Positions 11,925 to 25,949 are shown, counted from the stretch's first letter. The stretch: 64,000 bases of DNA from Gnetum montanum (GCA_015680685.1 MNCI01001992.1:18751-82750); one strand, 5' to 3'. Notes: generated by a model not told the origin, from the letters alone. Program-made: numbers and translations.

Positions 11925-14900
11925 TTACTGATGATGAGTGTTACTAGAACGCACAGGTCTTTCCCACGGCTGCAAGAGATGAACTAACTGATGAGTATCC
12001 AAATTGAACTTAGATGCTTGAGATGTGAGTTGGAAATGAATGAGGCAAAAGATCTGCAACTTCTCCGACCTGGTGAGCAAACATATATTAGAATAATCTG
12101 TCCTTTGAAATATAACATTGCATCTTTGCTTCCAAATATAATATAAAATAATAGGCCTAATAACTTCCCACAAAAACTTGAGATTAGCAGAAGTAATGTT
12201 CAAAAAGCTGAATAGGACATCCTCTTGAGATAGCTTGTATGATGGAAAAACTATGGAAGCCCACCCCCACACATGCTGAGCAAAGGGACAATGCCAAAAC
12301 ACATGGACAAAGTCATCTTGTCCACCATAAAGAGGGCAATTGGGATTGGGAATCCCTAGATATTTTAAACATCTACCAATAGGTAGACCATGGTGGAGGA
12401 GACACCAAAGGAACTGCTTAATTTTAGGGAGAGTTGGAAGTTTCCAAATGTGTTGGAAGAGAGGGATCCAAAATGTTACTGACTCTTGTTTGTTCCAATA
12501 CTTATTGCAGTGTTGAATAACCTCAGATGGGTTGTGCATAAGATGAAAGGGGACAGATGGCCGGTAGGGCAAGAGTTTAACCCCATTAAGCCATTGAAGA
12601 CCATGAAAAGGACTTTGCACTACAACATCTAGTTGCCAATGACCATGGAGAAAGGAGTAAATCTAGATTAGGCAATGGTTTATTGCCATCGACTCCCCAT
12701 ATAAATTGTTGAACTCAACCCCCGAAATCCAACGACTAGCTAGCCTAAGACAATTCAAGGAGATGACACCCTTCCGATACCACGAGGTAGCTACCTTAGC
12801 CTTTGTGATGGCAAAGGGAGCAAGCGATAGAGGTAACCACCATGGACACAAATGAGAGAGAATAGTAGGGTTGATCTTGACGTTAGTCCAGTCTATGTAA
12901 CTATGTAGAATTTGCCAGGCCCTCCAGATGCTTTTGAAGACATGAGATCCAGGAAGAATGATAGTGAGGGGGGAAAAGATCCAATTGACAAAATGGATGC
13001 CTTTCCAAAAGGGCTTGTTTTTAGGAAATGCTTGATGAAGCCTTAATTGGAGGAGGGTCCCAATAATATCTGAGGCATCTAAATGTTGTACCAACCATTT
13101 AGCAACCAGGGTAATTTCCTGCTTATAGGAATTCAAAAGACCTAAGCCACCCTTATTCTTGGGGAGAGTAACAATATTCCAAGCAACTCGATGAAATCCT
13201 TTCTAAGAATCTTTGGAGGACCACATAAAGTCACGAAATAACCGTTCAAGCTTCTGGTAGGCAGCTTGGGAGGGGGCCCAACATGAAGAGTAGTGCACAT
13301 GGGTTGATGCACATATGGACTTACATACAAGGTATTTACCTGCAAGTGTGAGGGGTTTAGTCTTCCATTTGTCAAGTTTCTTTTGGATCCGATAAATAAC
13401 CTACTCCCAGAGAATGGAGGTTGAACCTCTAAAATAGAAAGGGATTCCCAGAATCTTAACAATGTCTTGATCCTGAAGTCGCTTCCAGTTATAGTTGCTC
13501 ACATGGTTGTAATTTCCCGTAAAGCTATAAACAGAGGATTTATTCCAATTGATATTGGAACCTGAGAGTGTGCAATATTGCTCCACCCTTGATAAGAGGT
13601 AGTGGAAATTGGTGGCTGTGTTATGAACTAGAAAAAAAGAGTCATTAGCAAAGTGCATATTGAGAAGCTGTTGTTGAGAGGAAGAAAGGCAAACCCCAGT
13701 GAGGACTTTAGTTTGAATGTCCAGGTTAATCTGATGACAAAGAAAGTTTGCGGAAATGATAAAGAGAGGGGGCGAGAGGACAACCTTGCCGCATTGATCT
13801 ATGTATTGGAAAGGGAGAGGTAATGCCAAAGGTAGTGGCTACTCTTGCGGTAGCATATGAGAATAAGCATTGCACCATATGCAGGAACTTAGGTCCAAAA
13901 CCAAGTTTGGTCATGGTCTGTAAGATAAAATCCCACTTAATGTTGTCATACACTTTGGCGTAATCAAGTTTCACCAAGAGAATATCTTGACCATCATCCT
14001 CGGCCCACTTAAGACCTTCCCACGCCACAACCACATTGTCTAAAATATATCTACTAGGAACAAATCTTGTTTGTTGGGGTGATATGATTTGGCCAAGAAT
14101 TTTTTTCAATTGTAGGGCTAGGCACTTAGCCCAAATTTTATATACTACATTGAGAAGAGTTATGGGATGCCAATTGGAGATATCAGTAAGATCCCCAAAC
14201 TTGGGGAGGAGACGAATTACCCCTTGATTTAGATTGGGCCCGAGGGAACCAATGAAGATAGCCTCGTTAATGACCTGCAGAAGATCATTACCCACCAAAT
14301 CCCAATGATTTTGAAAAAATTCCATGGGGAAATCGTCATAACCAGGAGCCTTTCCCCGACTTAACTTGGAACAAGCCACCTGAAGCTCCACTAGAGTGAT
14401 ATCTACATCAAAACTTTGCAGCATAGTGGAGTTGATAAGGTAAGGATAATTGGGGGTGGCAAACTTGAACGAAGAGATGTCCATTGGGATAGCTGCGAAA
14501 AGGGTTCCATAGTGGTTCTTAAGAAAAGAGAGGATACTATTGTGATCAGTAATGGTGGTACCATCACTAGAAATTTTGTCTATAGAATGTGAATGGGAAG
14601 TAGTGTTGAGGTACTTGAAAAATTCCTTACAGTGTTCATCTTGAATATTTAACCAAGTGAGCTGACTTTTAGTTAAGGAAATTTGTGCTCGGTACACATC
14701 CCAATGTTGAAAGGCTAATCATGCTCTAGCTAGCTCCTCGTGAACTAGAGTGTTGAAGGGATCTTGAGCTAGTCTATTAGTGAGATGTTCAATAGTGAGG
14801 TGAATTTTATTGTATTCCTGTCTGGCCTAAGTATCCACTACCTTACTATACGAACGAACAAAGTTTCAAACTCGACATGAAGCACGATGCCACCAGTTAA

Positions 14901-15762
14901 TCCAGCCCACTTGATTTAGGGGCCTAGGTTCAGCATTCCAAAGATTGGATAGAAGAAGTTGGGTAGTAGGGGAAGAAAAACAGTTGGTGTGTAGTCGAAA
15001 AAGATGGAATTTTTGTCGGTGAGGGCTGCCATGAATCTTGATAGATATGGAGGTAGGAAGATGGTCTGATAAGGTGGCATGGCGATGTGTTGTAGTAGCG
15101 GAGAAGGCTTACCAGAAGGAAAGGGTGGAGAAATAGAACCTATCTAACCTATTGTAGATGTGAGCCTGCCCAAGACAGAGATTGCTCCAAGTAAATCTGT
15201 GAAGGGGAGTACTCGAGGAGGTGTCCACCCCATCAGAAAGGGAAAACTTTTTCTAAAAGGCGGACCAGGTCTGATACTCGAGATTAGGCAGTTGAAAAAA
15301 CACCCCTCCAAGCTTATCTTGAGGAAATTTGGCCATATTAAAATCTCCTCCGAATATCCAAGGCATTGGGGGAAGAGCATTTGCAAGTTCTTGCCAAAGG
15401 AGAGCTCATTCTGTGGAGTCATTTGGGGCATATATCGAGCAAATGCCAAAAGGGCCATGCAAGGAGGAGAAGGTGGCCCAAGAAACTCTATGCCCAAAAT
15501 CAAAACCACTTTGAAGGATTTTAGTTTTCCAGTAAGGTGAGAGGAGAATGGTTGTGCCTCCTTTCCCACTCATATGGGACGTCGCTAGGATTGAGGAGTA
15601 AGGAAGAAACCAATGGGCAGAAAAGGATAAAAGATCGACTGATACCTTAATTTCTTGAAGGAGAACAAAATCAAAGGCTGTATTAAGACTAGAAATAAAG
15701 TTGCCTGCTCATTTCCGACGAAGCCTACTAGTAAGGCCTCGAACGTTCCATGAAAGGAGGTT
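11925..15762 (-). pseudogene. LINE ORF2 (APE-RT-zf-RVT), ending at a stop at 11925
   Basis: ORFs 13726-14697, 13401-13829, 12663-13136 and 11925-12620 are collinear L1 ORF2 segments. Confidence 0.88.
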
Positions 15763-16847
15763 CATGGGGAGACAAGAGGCAGTTTGGATGAGAGGTCAAT
15801 AGAAGATTCATAAGTCAAATTATCAACTTCCATTGTTCCTGACAAGAGGGAAAAGGAGTTGTTGGTGGAGACAGGGGCCATGGAAGTATTCAGTGAAGAG
15901 GAGTTGGAGGGAGGAGTAGAACTAAAAGAAGCTTTGACTCGTTTCCTTCCACTGCTCACCACGAACTCATCCATCAAAACTGAGTCCTTGACAACCTTTG
16001 AGGGGATGACATGGGTGGAGGTGTGATTACCTTATTGTTGTTTCTGTAGCTTGGAGGGGCTAGACTGAGAGGAGGTTTGTGGAGCTATTGGGGCAGGAGA
16101 TCCAAATTTAAAGGATACTGAGGATGGACGTAATGGTGTGACTGGGGGACGGGTGTTCTGAGATGCTACAGATGATTTCTTCCTGGCTAGGATGGGACAC
16201 GCCGAAATATGATGCTTAGCCCTATGACAATAGCTACATGAGTTTGGAAGGTAAAAATAGTCCACTTTTTGGATGAAGATTTTTCCATGAGCAGCAAGGG
16301 TTAATGAGGTCTTCCGAAGAGCTATGTCCAATTCAATACAATAACGACGAATTTGAGTTCCATTGATCACCATACAATGATCGGAAATAATAGGACCTAG
16401 GATGCTCACAATGTCCCTCTCAATAGATGAGAAAATAAGTGGAAGATTGGGCAATTCCACATAACAGGGAATTATATTAAAAGCTGGGTCATTAACATTA
16501 AAGTCAAATTTCCAGGCACGGGCTATTAGGGTTGCATTATGTGTTGGAAAAATTTTTAAAGAGAGAGCCTTCTCAACTTGAGAGGCATCAGATAGTTCCA
16601 CCAAAATAAAGTTTTGAGCGTAGTATCGTGCATAAGAAACCTGAATGCCCTGGGGTAGAAGGAGGCTTTGAACTTGAGTGTCGATACTTGGGGACCTTGG
16701 TAAAAATCCCACAATTTGAAAAAAAATAAAATGAGTTGTGAAATCATTGGAAACTGCTTTAAAAATATCATCAGGTAAAAGAAAATCAATTTGAGGTGAG
16801 GTAGAGGAACTTCCCTAAGGAAGAGCAGAATCTGACGAATCCGCCAT
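15762..16847 (-). pseudogene. LINE ORF1 (DUF4283-like region, zinc knuckle, Ser/Pro-rich tail)
   Basis: ORFs 16032-16712 and 15762-15977; CCHC motif; likely start ATGGCGGATTCG near 16847. Confidence 0.75.
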
Positions 16848-17717
16848 TGCGACTCGCCTACCTACGCAACAGGCACAGCCTCTTCACAGCGGCAATGCAG
16901 AGATGCCCAACCACCACTCCAGATTGATTTAGATCTGTAAACGCACTCTCTAGATCGTATTTTTGGATGCCAATTTTCCAAGAAAAATTGAGCAAAGTAA
17001 AGTAGATGTGGTGTGAAATTCAGAAAATCCAGATCCATGTTTATTATCCCGCTGCAAGTTTTTGACAAGATTTCTGTGGACCTTGACGCTATCAGCAGGT
17101 GCAATGGCGCATGAAAGGTGGAGAGAAGAGCAGATCAGAGCAGCAGGGAATCCAGGATAATGGATCCATGGGGATTCATCATCCAAAAAATGCCGAACCC
17201 TGGATTCACCCGTTGCAAGCCCTTTCTGACAAAGAGTGAGGGTTTTTCTTCGCTAAAATCGAAAATAAAGCTATATTTGACCAACCCTAATAGAAAGGGT
17301 AAAACATATACAAGTAGCATCTAATAGAAAAAATAGAAATAACATGAAAGGAAAAAGATTATTAAAATTGAACATAAGCATTATAAAAGTGTACAACATA
17401 AATCATGTCTCAAATGTTGTAAATGCAAGATAGCTTAGTGGTCTTTGGACAAACATGGTCAAACAAGGAAGCTACACCAATAAGAGGTGGCTTAAGTCAT
17501 AGGTTTGATTCAAGTAGGTTAGCTAATTTGACATATTGTTATGATTGACAAAAGTATTGTGAAAGTTTATGCTGGTTATTTACCTTTAGATACATAATCA
17601 TCTAGTTTTGGTTTAATAATGAGATGTTATCTTAGTGGTAAGACTCTTAATTTGGTAACTCCAAGTTAAGGGTTTGATTTTGGTGGGCAATACTAAGTTA
17701 TATAGTTTTAAAGAATC

Positions 17718-17870
17718 ATCACCTAGAGACTTAACGCTCATCCTACTAAGATAGAGTCTTGGGAAGGTTAGTTGATAAGCACAAACCTAACCTCTTTTCA
17801 AGTGGTTGTGCCTAGGCTCAAACCTAGGTCTTATGACCTGAGAAACAAGCACCTTATCATAACTCTAAAT
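17718..17870 (-). mobile_element. Au-like tRNA-derived SINE
   Basis: Minus strand GATAAGGTGCTTGTTTCTCAGGTCATAAGACCTAGGTTTGAGCCTAGG...GAAAAGAGGTTAGG; homologous to copies at 30.3/32.9, 44.6 and 63.7 kb. Confidence 0.65.
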
Positions 17871-18445
17871 AATGCTTGCTACTAAGTTATAAAGTTCTAA
17901 TTTGATGATGTCTTAGAGGTAAATATTGTTAAATAAACATTTCAAGTTCTAACCACCCCTCTAAAAAAATTATAGTTTTGGTTTGGATACATCCTCCTAC
18001 GTCTTGTTGAACAAAGAAGCTAGCTAGCTTTTTAATCATCATGATGGAGTTAAAGAAAATTTCTTTATTATGTTTAAAAATAAGATGTCAATGTTCAAAG
18101 CATTGTAAAGTGAAAACCTAACTTCTTTTCAAGTTGTTGTGCTTAGGCTTGAACCTAGATCTTATGACTTGAGAAACAAGCACCCTACCATAACTCTAAA
18201 TGATGGTCCTTACTAAGTTATAAAGTTCTAATGTGACGATATGTCTTAGAGGTAAATATTGTTAAATAAACATTTTAAGTTCTAACCCCACTCCTCTAAA
18301 AAAAATATAATTTTGGTTTCGACATCCCCTTCTATGTCTAGCTTGACAAAAAAGCTACTTAGGTTTTTTAATCATCATGACAGAGTTAAAGGAAAACTCT
18401 TTATTATGTTTACAAATAAGATGTCAATGTTAAAAGCATTGTAAA
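17783..18445. repeat. Diverged tandem duplication, unit about 331 bp, includes the SINE head
   Basis: AAACCTAAC.TCTTTTCAAGT...AAAGCATTGTAAA occurs at about 17783-18109 and 18114-18445. Confidence 0.85.
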
Positions 18446-18575
18446 ATTTTTCACTAGTCTTGAAAATGAATTTGAGGGAGATATGATTACCAAAAGTAGA
18501 ATTATTGACTATACTTAGAATTAATGGGTGTACTTGATGAAATCAAACCCATAACTTGAAATTTCTAAATAAAAA

Positions 18576-18758
18576 AAGTCTTACCTGTAAGGTAACACTT
18601 CATTGTTTGAAATTGAATTTAAACTTAAAATCAACATTTCTTAATACTATTTTGATGTTTTACAATCACAAGGGAAGTCTTACCTCTAAGGTAACACGTC
18701 ATTGTTTGAAAATGAATTTAAACTCACAATCAACATTTCCTAATATTATTTGATATTT
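18576..18758. repeat. Tandem duplication, unit about 99 bp, about 400 bp upstream of the host ATG
   Basis: AAGTCTTACCT.TAAGGTAACAC.TCATTGTTTGAAA.TGAATTTAAACT twice. Confidence 0.85.
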
Positions 18759-18974
18759 GTGAAGCAAACAAGTTACAAAGAGGTATTGGAACCCCAAATA
18801 ATTATAATATAGGTACACTGCCAACCTATATAGTAGAATTAGAACTTTATAATATAACATTGTCCACTAAAAATGATCCCATTAGTTAAAAAACTTTCAA
18901 ATCAAAATAAAAAATCTTACAAATCAAAATCAAAAACCTTACCATAAACTACCACTTCATTGTTAACAAACCGA

Positions 18975-19155
18975 CTACAGGTCGAGATCAACCAATTCAA
19001 TTCAAATAACACACGCACCTTAAAAAGGCAAGGTGACGGCACATTTTATGCGAATCCGAGGAGGCATTATTAAAGGTGGCAATTTGCAAGGAAGCATAAT
19101 TAAAACGGCAACGCAAAGAAGCAAGAGTAAGCACAGGAGTGGCCGCAGAAGTAAA
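18975..19155 (+). promoter_or_regulatory. CpG-retaining proximal promoter / 5' UTR of the host gene
   Basis: Visibly more CG dinucleotides than the CG-depleted flanks, directly upstream of the ATG. No TSS can be assigned. Confidence 0.5.
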
Positions 19156-19239
19156 ATGGCTTGTCTCCATGATCACGATTGCGCAGAGCATGAGTGTGCT
19201 TCCTCGTGGACGCTTTATAAATACATTGACGTTGCCCGC
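19156..19239 (+). CDS. PITHD1: PITH domain-containing protein 1, coding exon 1
   Basis: MACLHDHDCAEHECASSWTLYKYIDVAR then GTAAGA donor; matches the N-terminus of plant PITH (DUF1000) proteins as I recall them (MACLHDHSCEDHDCSSDWSLYKHID). Confidence 0.93.
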
Positions 19240-19661
19240 GTAAGAATGTCGTTCGTTGCCCTTGCTCTTTTCTTGTTGGGACTATGTTAATTGTTTTTTG
19301 TTTTTTGTTTTTTTTTTTTGTAGCGCAAGTTTGGCGAGAATTTGATTGATTTTCATTGTAATTTGGCATTATTCTTCTTGGTATTTGAATTCGAGGTGAA
19401 AGATGAGTGAACTTGATTTGGGAAAAAGATTGATCAACTCGCAGATTAACATACTATATTTACATCTATATCTATCCCTTTCGTATTGATTTGTAGGTAA
19501 AGTGAATGATGAGCGGCTTTTGTAAAAAATCAGGATAAAAAAAAAATAAAAAACAGATTACTGCATACAATACAATGAAGTTTATCATGGTAGATGAAGC
19601 AATTAAGTCATACTGCCCTACAAATTCTTGAGTTTAGAATAAAAGAAGAACTATGAAGTAC

Positions 19662-19855
19662 CTAAAGGTGTAGCACAGTGATTGAGACACTCACCTCTCG
19701 GTTGGGAGATTGTGTGTTCAGTTCCTGCCTTGTTTACATGTGTGATAGCAGTGGTGTAGCCTTGTGATGGACACTCTTGTTTAAGGGCTTCCATCTATCT
19801 TGCTGTGGTGAAGAGGTTATACTATTAGCCCCTATATCTCCCCCCTTTTTTTAAA
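19662..19855 (+). mobile_element. tRNA-derived SINE-like element (second type)
   Basis: A-box-like GTAGCACAGTGA and B-box-like GTTCAGTTCC at tRNA spacing, ending in CCCCCCTTTTTTT. Only one clear copy in the window. Confidence 0.45.
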
Positions 19856-21276
19856 TAACTGAGAAGATGAGTTTGAGTAGTATAAAGCCCTACATGATGC
19901 TAGAAACACATGCCACTGATATTTTTCATACAAGGTAAAAATTTAGTTCTTAGGACTGGATTCCCTGATCTGGTGCTGTTTTCTTGCAATATCCACTTGT
20001 TGGTGTTGTGAAAGTAGAATTGCACATGTTTTCCTTAATTACTTTAAAAATTTGTTTATGAAGGCTATGGTATCATCATGCCCTTTTTGTTATTAACTGT
20101 GGTGTGCAAACATGAGAGGCTAAGAACAAAAGAGAATTCATGAAGCATTTGGGAGCTGGGGTGTCATGTCTGTCCGCTGTGCTTACCCCATTTGACTATT
20201 CCTTTCGTATTTTTGTTTTTTGTTTCAATTTATAAAAACTAGAATTTGTTCTCTGCTTTAGGAGATTGAAATCTATTCACTTAGCTAATCAAGGTTTATT
20301 TCTCATGGCAATTAATATTTATTTATCTTAAGCTACTGTTAAGCTTGAAATCAGTCTTTGTTCCCTGTCTCAAGACAATTAGATTTGATCGACTTTTGTT
20401 GTTAGTATGGAATGTTAGAATATCCTTTTTATGTGTGCAGTGGCATCAGAATTTATACTTGAAATTAGAAAAACTGAATTTAGGCTTTGTATAAAAAAAT
20501 TAATATCCACTACCTGCAACATATGACCAAAATTATTTCTTTTTAATATTAAATAATCATAGTTCATTTTCACATTATTTTTACCATTGAAAAGAACTCA
20601 AAGTGGCAAAACTAACGGATCAGTGTAAGCAATGGGTGCTGTTAATATTAGCATATTAGTTTTTTTGTTTATTGCAAGCTCTTAGGATATTGAAATGTGC
20701 TGACCTAATTATGGTTATTGATGGTCCTATTCACGTTGGTGCCTTTTGTTGTTAGGTTTTATTTTTTGACTATTTTTACTAGTTGCATCTTACATGGTTC
20801 CTGTATGTTCTGCTTAATGCTTTCACAATAGTAGATTTTGTTTTCTGTTTCAAGAAATTAGGATATAATTTCTTTGTTAAATGGTTATGATTTCTTGTTT
20901 TGTTTTCTTTATGTTAAATGTTGTATGGTTTGTGCATAATGTAAATTGGAAAAGGCTAGTAGATTATGTTGGTAACTAACAATTATTATTTCTCCTCCTA
21001 CTGATGTTATCTCTGCCAGTGATATAGATGTATGGTTGTTCACTGTTCAATAAATTGCATTCCTTTGTATTTGGATTATTATAAAGTAGCTCCTTCTGCT
21101 GTAAAGATGAGAATTTAATTTTAGGATTATAATTACCAGCATAATTGTTTAACCTCCCATGTTTGTTCTTTATGCAACCTTCAAGCTACGTTCATGAAGA
21201 ATTAATGTGTCACATGTTTTTTTGACTAGTTGAATCTTTTTGTAAGGTAGTAAGTTCAACTTATTCTTCCTAGTAA

Positions 21277-21780
21277 TTTTTCTAAACATTTTTCTATTAT
21301 TTTACAATTGGAAAATCTCCATTTCAAGGGATGACATTTCAATGTTTTGTTGTATTACTATTCCCATAAGGGTTAGTTTTTGGTTTACCCTTTGTTATCC
21401 TATTCACCTCATCTTTTGTTGTCATTGAATTCTGGACCACTAAAGTTGGAGACTTCATTTATGATCATTTGCATTTTATGAATCAAACATTATTGTGCCT
21501 AGGATCTTTTGTTGTGATTGAATTCTGGACCACTAAAGTTGGACACTTCATTTATGATCATTTACATTTTTATGAGTCAAACATTGTTGTGCCTAGGACA
21601 AACAAAGAAGTTTCGTGTTTTGGTATTTCATTTTCTTTGCTTCCAAGTGATATTTCTAAACATTTTTCTATTAGTTTACATTTGGAAAGTCTCCATTTTA
21701 AGTGATGGCATCTTAATGTTTGGTTGTATTATTGTTCCCATAATGGCTGATTTTTGTTCTGCCCTTTGTTATTCTCTTTC
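21277..21780. repeat. Compound duplication A-B-B-x-A' (A about 130 bp, B about 93 bp)
   Basis: TTTCTAAACATTTTTCTATTA... near 21277 and 21652; ATCTTTTGTTGT.ATTGAATTCTGGACCACTAAAGTTGGA near 21411 and 21504. Confidence 0.85.
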
Positions 21781-24700
21781 CCATAACTTGCTTATTTTGT
21801 TGTTTCATTTACTTAGCCTTACTTCATCTAATAGGCCTTCCCTAGCCTAGTAGTGTAGCGTAGTGCTATAAATATTATTAATTTGATTATAATCTAGTAG
21901 ACACAAGTTTTGTTAAAGTTCTAATATTATTTTAAACATGTGGTCCTCCAGGCCAATTAAAAAAATTCTTGTGAATGTTTTAGCCATTTTTTTGGCGCTG
22001 AGGCCAATTACCAGCCCCATCCAAGAGAGTCCTCCTTTGTCAAAGTAAAATAATTTATTGTCATAATGGTGAGAGGGAGCTCTCTTGGTCACGTTTTTTT
22101 TTTTTTGCTGGACTTTGCCATGGTAAATAAATGATTATTGTTGTAATGCTGGGATAAGAGATGAACTTTTTCATGGGAATTATTATTTACGAGAGTCCAA
22201 CTACTTTGTAACTTGAACTTTGTCCATGGAAATTATTATTTGTGAGAGTCCAGTTATTTTGTAATTTGGATGTCCTTGGAAAATCAATTCTCAGTGAATC
22301 ACTTTGAGATTTTTTAATTTGGAAAATATAAAAAATTCTCTTGCCCAAATAATAGATATATATCATAACTATATAGCTAAACTAGTTTTACCTTAAAGAA
22401 TGCTCTGCTTGGTTCAGTTTTTAATGTGCAGGATAGCTGTGTGATAGTTTTAATAAATATGTCATGTGATTAAGGTGAAAAACATAGCACTGTATATTAG
22501 GAAAGAGAACATTTTCTGATGAGTTCTAAGAGGCCGATTGACATGGCTTCTAAAAAGGGTAAAATTCTCAATGGTGATGGTTGTTTGTAGGAAGGATAAT
22601 TATGGTTGAAAAAATGGGAGTTTAAAACAAGATCTAACATTTGCAATGTCTTTCATTTATTCAATGGTTAAGAAAAAGTGCTGGAAGATTTTTGAAGATA
22701 GCAAATGGTGATTACAAATTTTTCTTGACATAATTAGTAGTAGAGATTTGCACGAAATTTATTTTACTTAGAGGTAGCATTTCCAATGTGTGAAAGCACA
22801 AAGATTAAAAGAGCATGCTTGACTTTCTTATGCCTAAGAATTGAAGCGTTTCAATATATCAAAATCCTAGCTAATTTGTACCATATAATATAAATTTACT
22901 GAATTTCTTAGAGAAAACAGTGAATCATTTAGAAAAATTTCTATTTGTTTTTCTAACTTTGTATTTTCACCTTGAGAGCAAACTTTTTGTAGCTATGTAT
23001 GCTTATATTCAATTTTCATCAATTGAGCCTCTTATGAGTACAAAAGCTTAATTAATCTCTACAGAATTGCGTTTGATTTTAAGATTAAATTTTAAATTTG
23101 ATTCTGTTTTACCAAGAAGGTGTTCAGTTCAAGTCCATATAGCCCCTACACACACTGGCCTTTGTTTTTGTGCGATTTCTTGTTTCTAGGCTTGATATGA
23201 ATTGCATACTTAAAGTGATTGGAATGTATCATAACAGTTTCAATCATGAACTTAAAATATTGAACGTGTATAGGAAATCAAGTAACTAGCTGTCACAATG
23301 TGAATATTAGCTTTATTTTTTTGTAATAAGTAAAAATAGATTATACCAATAAAACAATATTTGAAGTACAATGAGATTAATCTTAGGATCTTAATGATCA
23401 ACCAAGATGCTCAGAGTAAATTGTTAATGAAAAGTTTAAAAATAAATTATGAATATTATTTTTATTTGGAATACTATAAATTTTATGTGCATGGGAGCAA
23501 TTTCATTTTGCTTAATTTAACATCTATTCTTCAAAATCCACTTTCCAAGAGGGATCTAATTTGCAGTCAATACACCTAAGAATTGGGAGTGATTGTTAAG
23601 AGTGTAATTCATACTTCATGTGGGTTTGCAAGTCAAATCATAAGTCGTTAAGTTAATTAGGAAGTTAATGTGTTGAATCGTCAGTTAAAAACCAAACAGA
23701 TTTTTTATTTTGTAAAACCAGAGAAATTATTCCATATTATGAGGAATCCTAATGCCAAACATAAAAACGTAAAGTTCAAGACGAGTCTTGTGACCCGTGT
23801 GCCAACTTGTTAGCTGAAGAAGAAACAGCTGTGAGTAATAACTCATGAACCACACAAACCTCTGTAAATCATGCACTGTACAAAAGGAACATGAGGTGGT
23901 GAAACCTAAGTAGGCAAGTTGGAAGTTATGAAGATTGGTTGAGTAAAGAAGATGCGAAGAGGACTTGGGAAAAGTGCTGAATAGATCATGAACTAGAATA
24001 CATGTAAGTCAAAATGTAGCTGTCTGGGAGAGTGTGAGGAAGGGATCTTACGTGAGTTAACCTTCCAAGAAAGTAAGTGGGATCCAGTTCCCAAATAGGA
24101 GAGAAAATTCAAGTATCAGACTGATGTTGAAGAAGTGTCAATGCAATCTGGATTTCTCCAAACCATATGAAAAGCTGATTGTAGCTGCTGCTGCAACAAA
24201 TTTCTTATGCATATAAACATGGATTGGCATGTTTTTTTTTTTTTAAAGATGAAATGATAGTTTTTATTGGAACTAAGAGGCTTTTCTATTTAAAAATGTG
24301 TTGTGGAGAATATGATGGTGGTACGTTGGCGTAATAAAATTCCAATTAAATTCCTTGATAGGAACTATGGATTTATGTTGGCAGTTCGGTGGAATGAGAA
24401 CGATAACGTATGTTAGAATCGGCCGGCCAGCCAGCCAAGGGAATTAAGAGGAAGGTGCATCAGAACCAGCCATTTAGAATCCCATGATCTGCAAGCTTCC
24501 TTTGAAGTACAAAAGCTATAGACAAGTGGGCTTCAGATCTAATTAATATTCTACTAGGTGATGTTGTACATAGTATATATTGTAATTCATCCCTAATCTA
24601 TATCCTGGGAATTACACTTTATAATTTGTGCATAAAAACTTGAGGAAGTTTTTTTGTTCTCCCAAATCGTTGGAAATCTTGTTTCTGTTGTTGAGAGCAT

Positions 24701-25466
24701 ATTTATAAATCATAACTGTAGAAAGTTCTGGACTCTGAGATCAGTGTTTTAAGGGACTCAATGAGCTAAGCATGAGGGATACTAGTCAATAAAAAATCTA
24801 AGCGATTGACGAAGTTCTATAAAAGTTGATAGTGAAAAGATATATAACTGGCAGAAAAATCAACTTTTGTGAATCTCAAACACCAAAGCCAATACATGAC
24901 ATTTAGTTTATAAAAACTAAAAACCACACGAGGACAAGAAGTTCTCAAAATCTGTTTTATTATAAATCTTATATTTCTTTAAATCAAATTTGTTTGTCAT
25001 TATTGATGGAGTTGACAATAAGGTGGATTGTTTTGTCATTCATCCAAACACTTCACATTTTGTTTAGAATTATCAATATTTAGCACAAAATGAACTTATT
25101 AATTGTTTTTGAATTAAAGCATCTTTTTCAAATCAAGTTTTCTGAAGTTAGACATCCAAAAATTTAGATGCTATCATGGATAATTATATAATTAAAAAGA
25201 AAAATATATTTCATTTTGGGTGTTTCTGGTGGTCGAACAATTTTCACATGTCATTGACTGATGAACATTGTTTTTTCTAGGTATATTGTGCCAAGTATTC
25301 TTGTCACTACTACTACAAATATATAAATGTTGTTTGATGTTTTTAGAACCTTGCGTGGTTTATAAATAAATTTTAAATTCAATTTGCGGCAAAATGAGTC
25401 CATTGATACCGTGTTATAGTTTTTAAATAATTTTTGTGTTTCTGATTTTCTTGATGGTGATATTAG

Positions 25467-25547
25467 GTTTCTGCATTGAATGAGTCAGTTCCAGGGAGTG
25501 TTAAGTCCATATTTAAAAGCTGGGAACTTCGTTTGGAGCATTCGCAA
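25467..25547 (+). CDS. PITHD1: PITH domain-containing protein 1, coding exon 2
   Basis: TAG|VSALNESVPGSVKSIFKSWELRLEHSQ|GTACGT, phase 0/0, in frame with exon 1. Confidence 0.93.
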
Positions 25548-25949
25548 GTACGTTTGTTATGCTTTATTAGAGTTTTAATGCCTTTCTTAGTTTGACAGTT
25601 TAGAGTTTTTATTGGAAGTATGTTGGAGTTAATGAAATAATAATTGCTTTATAAATTCATTTCTTTACATTTCATACAGGTTGGAGCATCTGTCTTTATG
25701 GGCTCAATTATTTATCTTCACCCTTGATCCTATAGCATTAGAGCTTCACTTCCAAATTGATCTGTTTGTAATTTTGACATCAAGACTTAGTTTTTATTCT
25801 TCCCTTGATGCAACTTAATGTTAGAGTTCAGCTTCCTCCTTTTAACTTAACTTTGTGATTAAGGCTTGGTCGTAACAGCTTTTGCGTTGGAGTTCAGATT
25901 TTAGCTGCTATGCTTCCTGACTGTTTAAGCATTATAGTGGACAACGATC

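Larger units (their letters stand above)
11517..17314 (-). mobile_element. L1-clade LINE, near full length, decayed, conventional architecture
   Basis: ORF1 with CSYCHRAKHHISAC knuckle. ORF2 with APE (LLSWNVRGL, LLQEIK), RT (KLDYAKVYD, QGCPLAP, HFAND) and zf-RVT (HVFWHCPF, IWKQRC). Candidate TSD TAGCCTCTAATA 11505-11516 / TAGCATCTAATA 17315-17326. Confidence 0.9.

Noticed and set aside
19216-19223. TATAAATA as a TATA box
   Set aside because: It is coding sequence (Y-K-Y) within exon 1 of the PITH gene.
19033-19290. 85-aa ORF as a complete small protein
   Set aside because: Only 19156-19239 matches PITH proteins; the rest is upstream sequence and intron read-through past the GTAAGA donor.
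19662-19740. tRNA gene
   Set aside because: A/B-box-like motifs only; I could not fold a cloverleaf, and it continues into a SINE-like body and T tail.
23860-24700. Chromodomain-like EDAKRTWE text followed by a possible LTR
   Set aside because: Too degenerate; no supporting integrase motifs, termini or TSD found.
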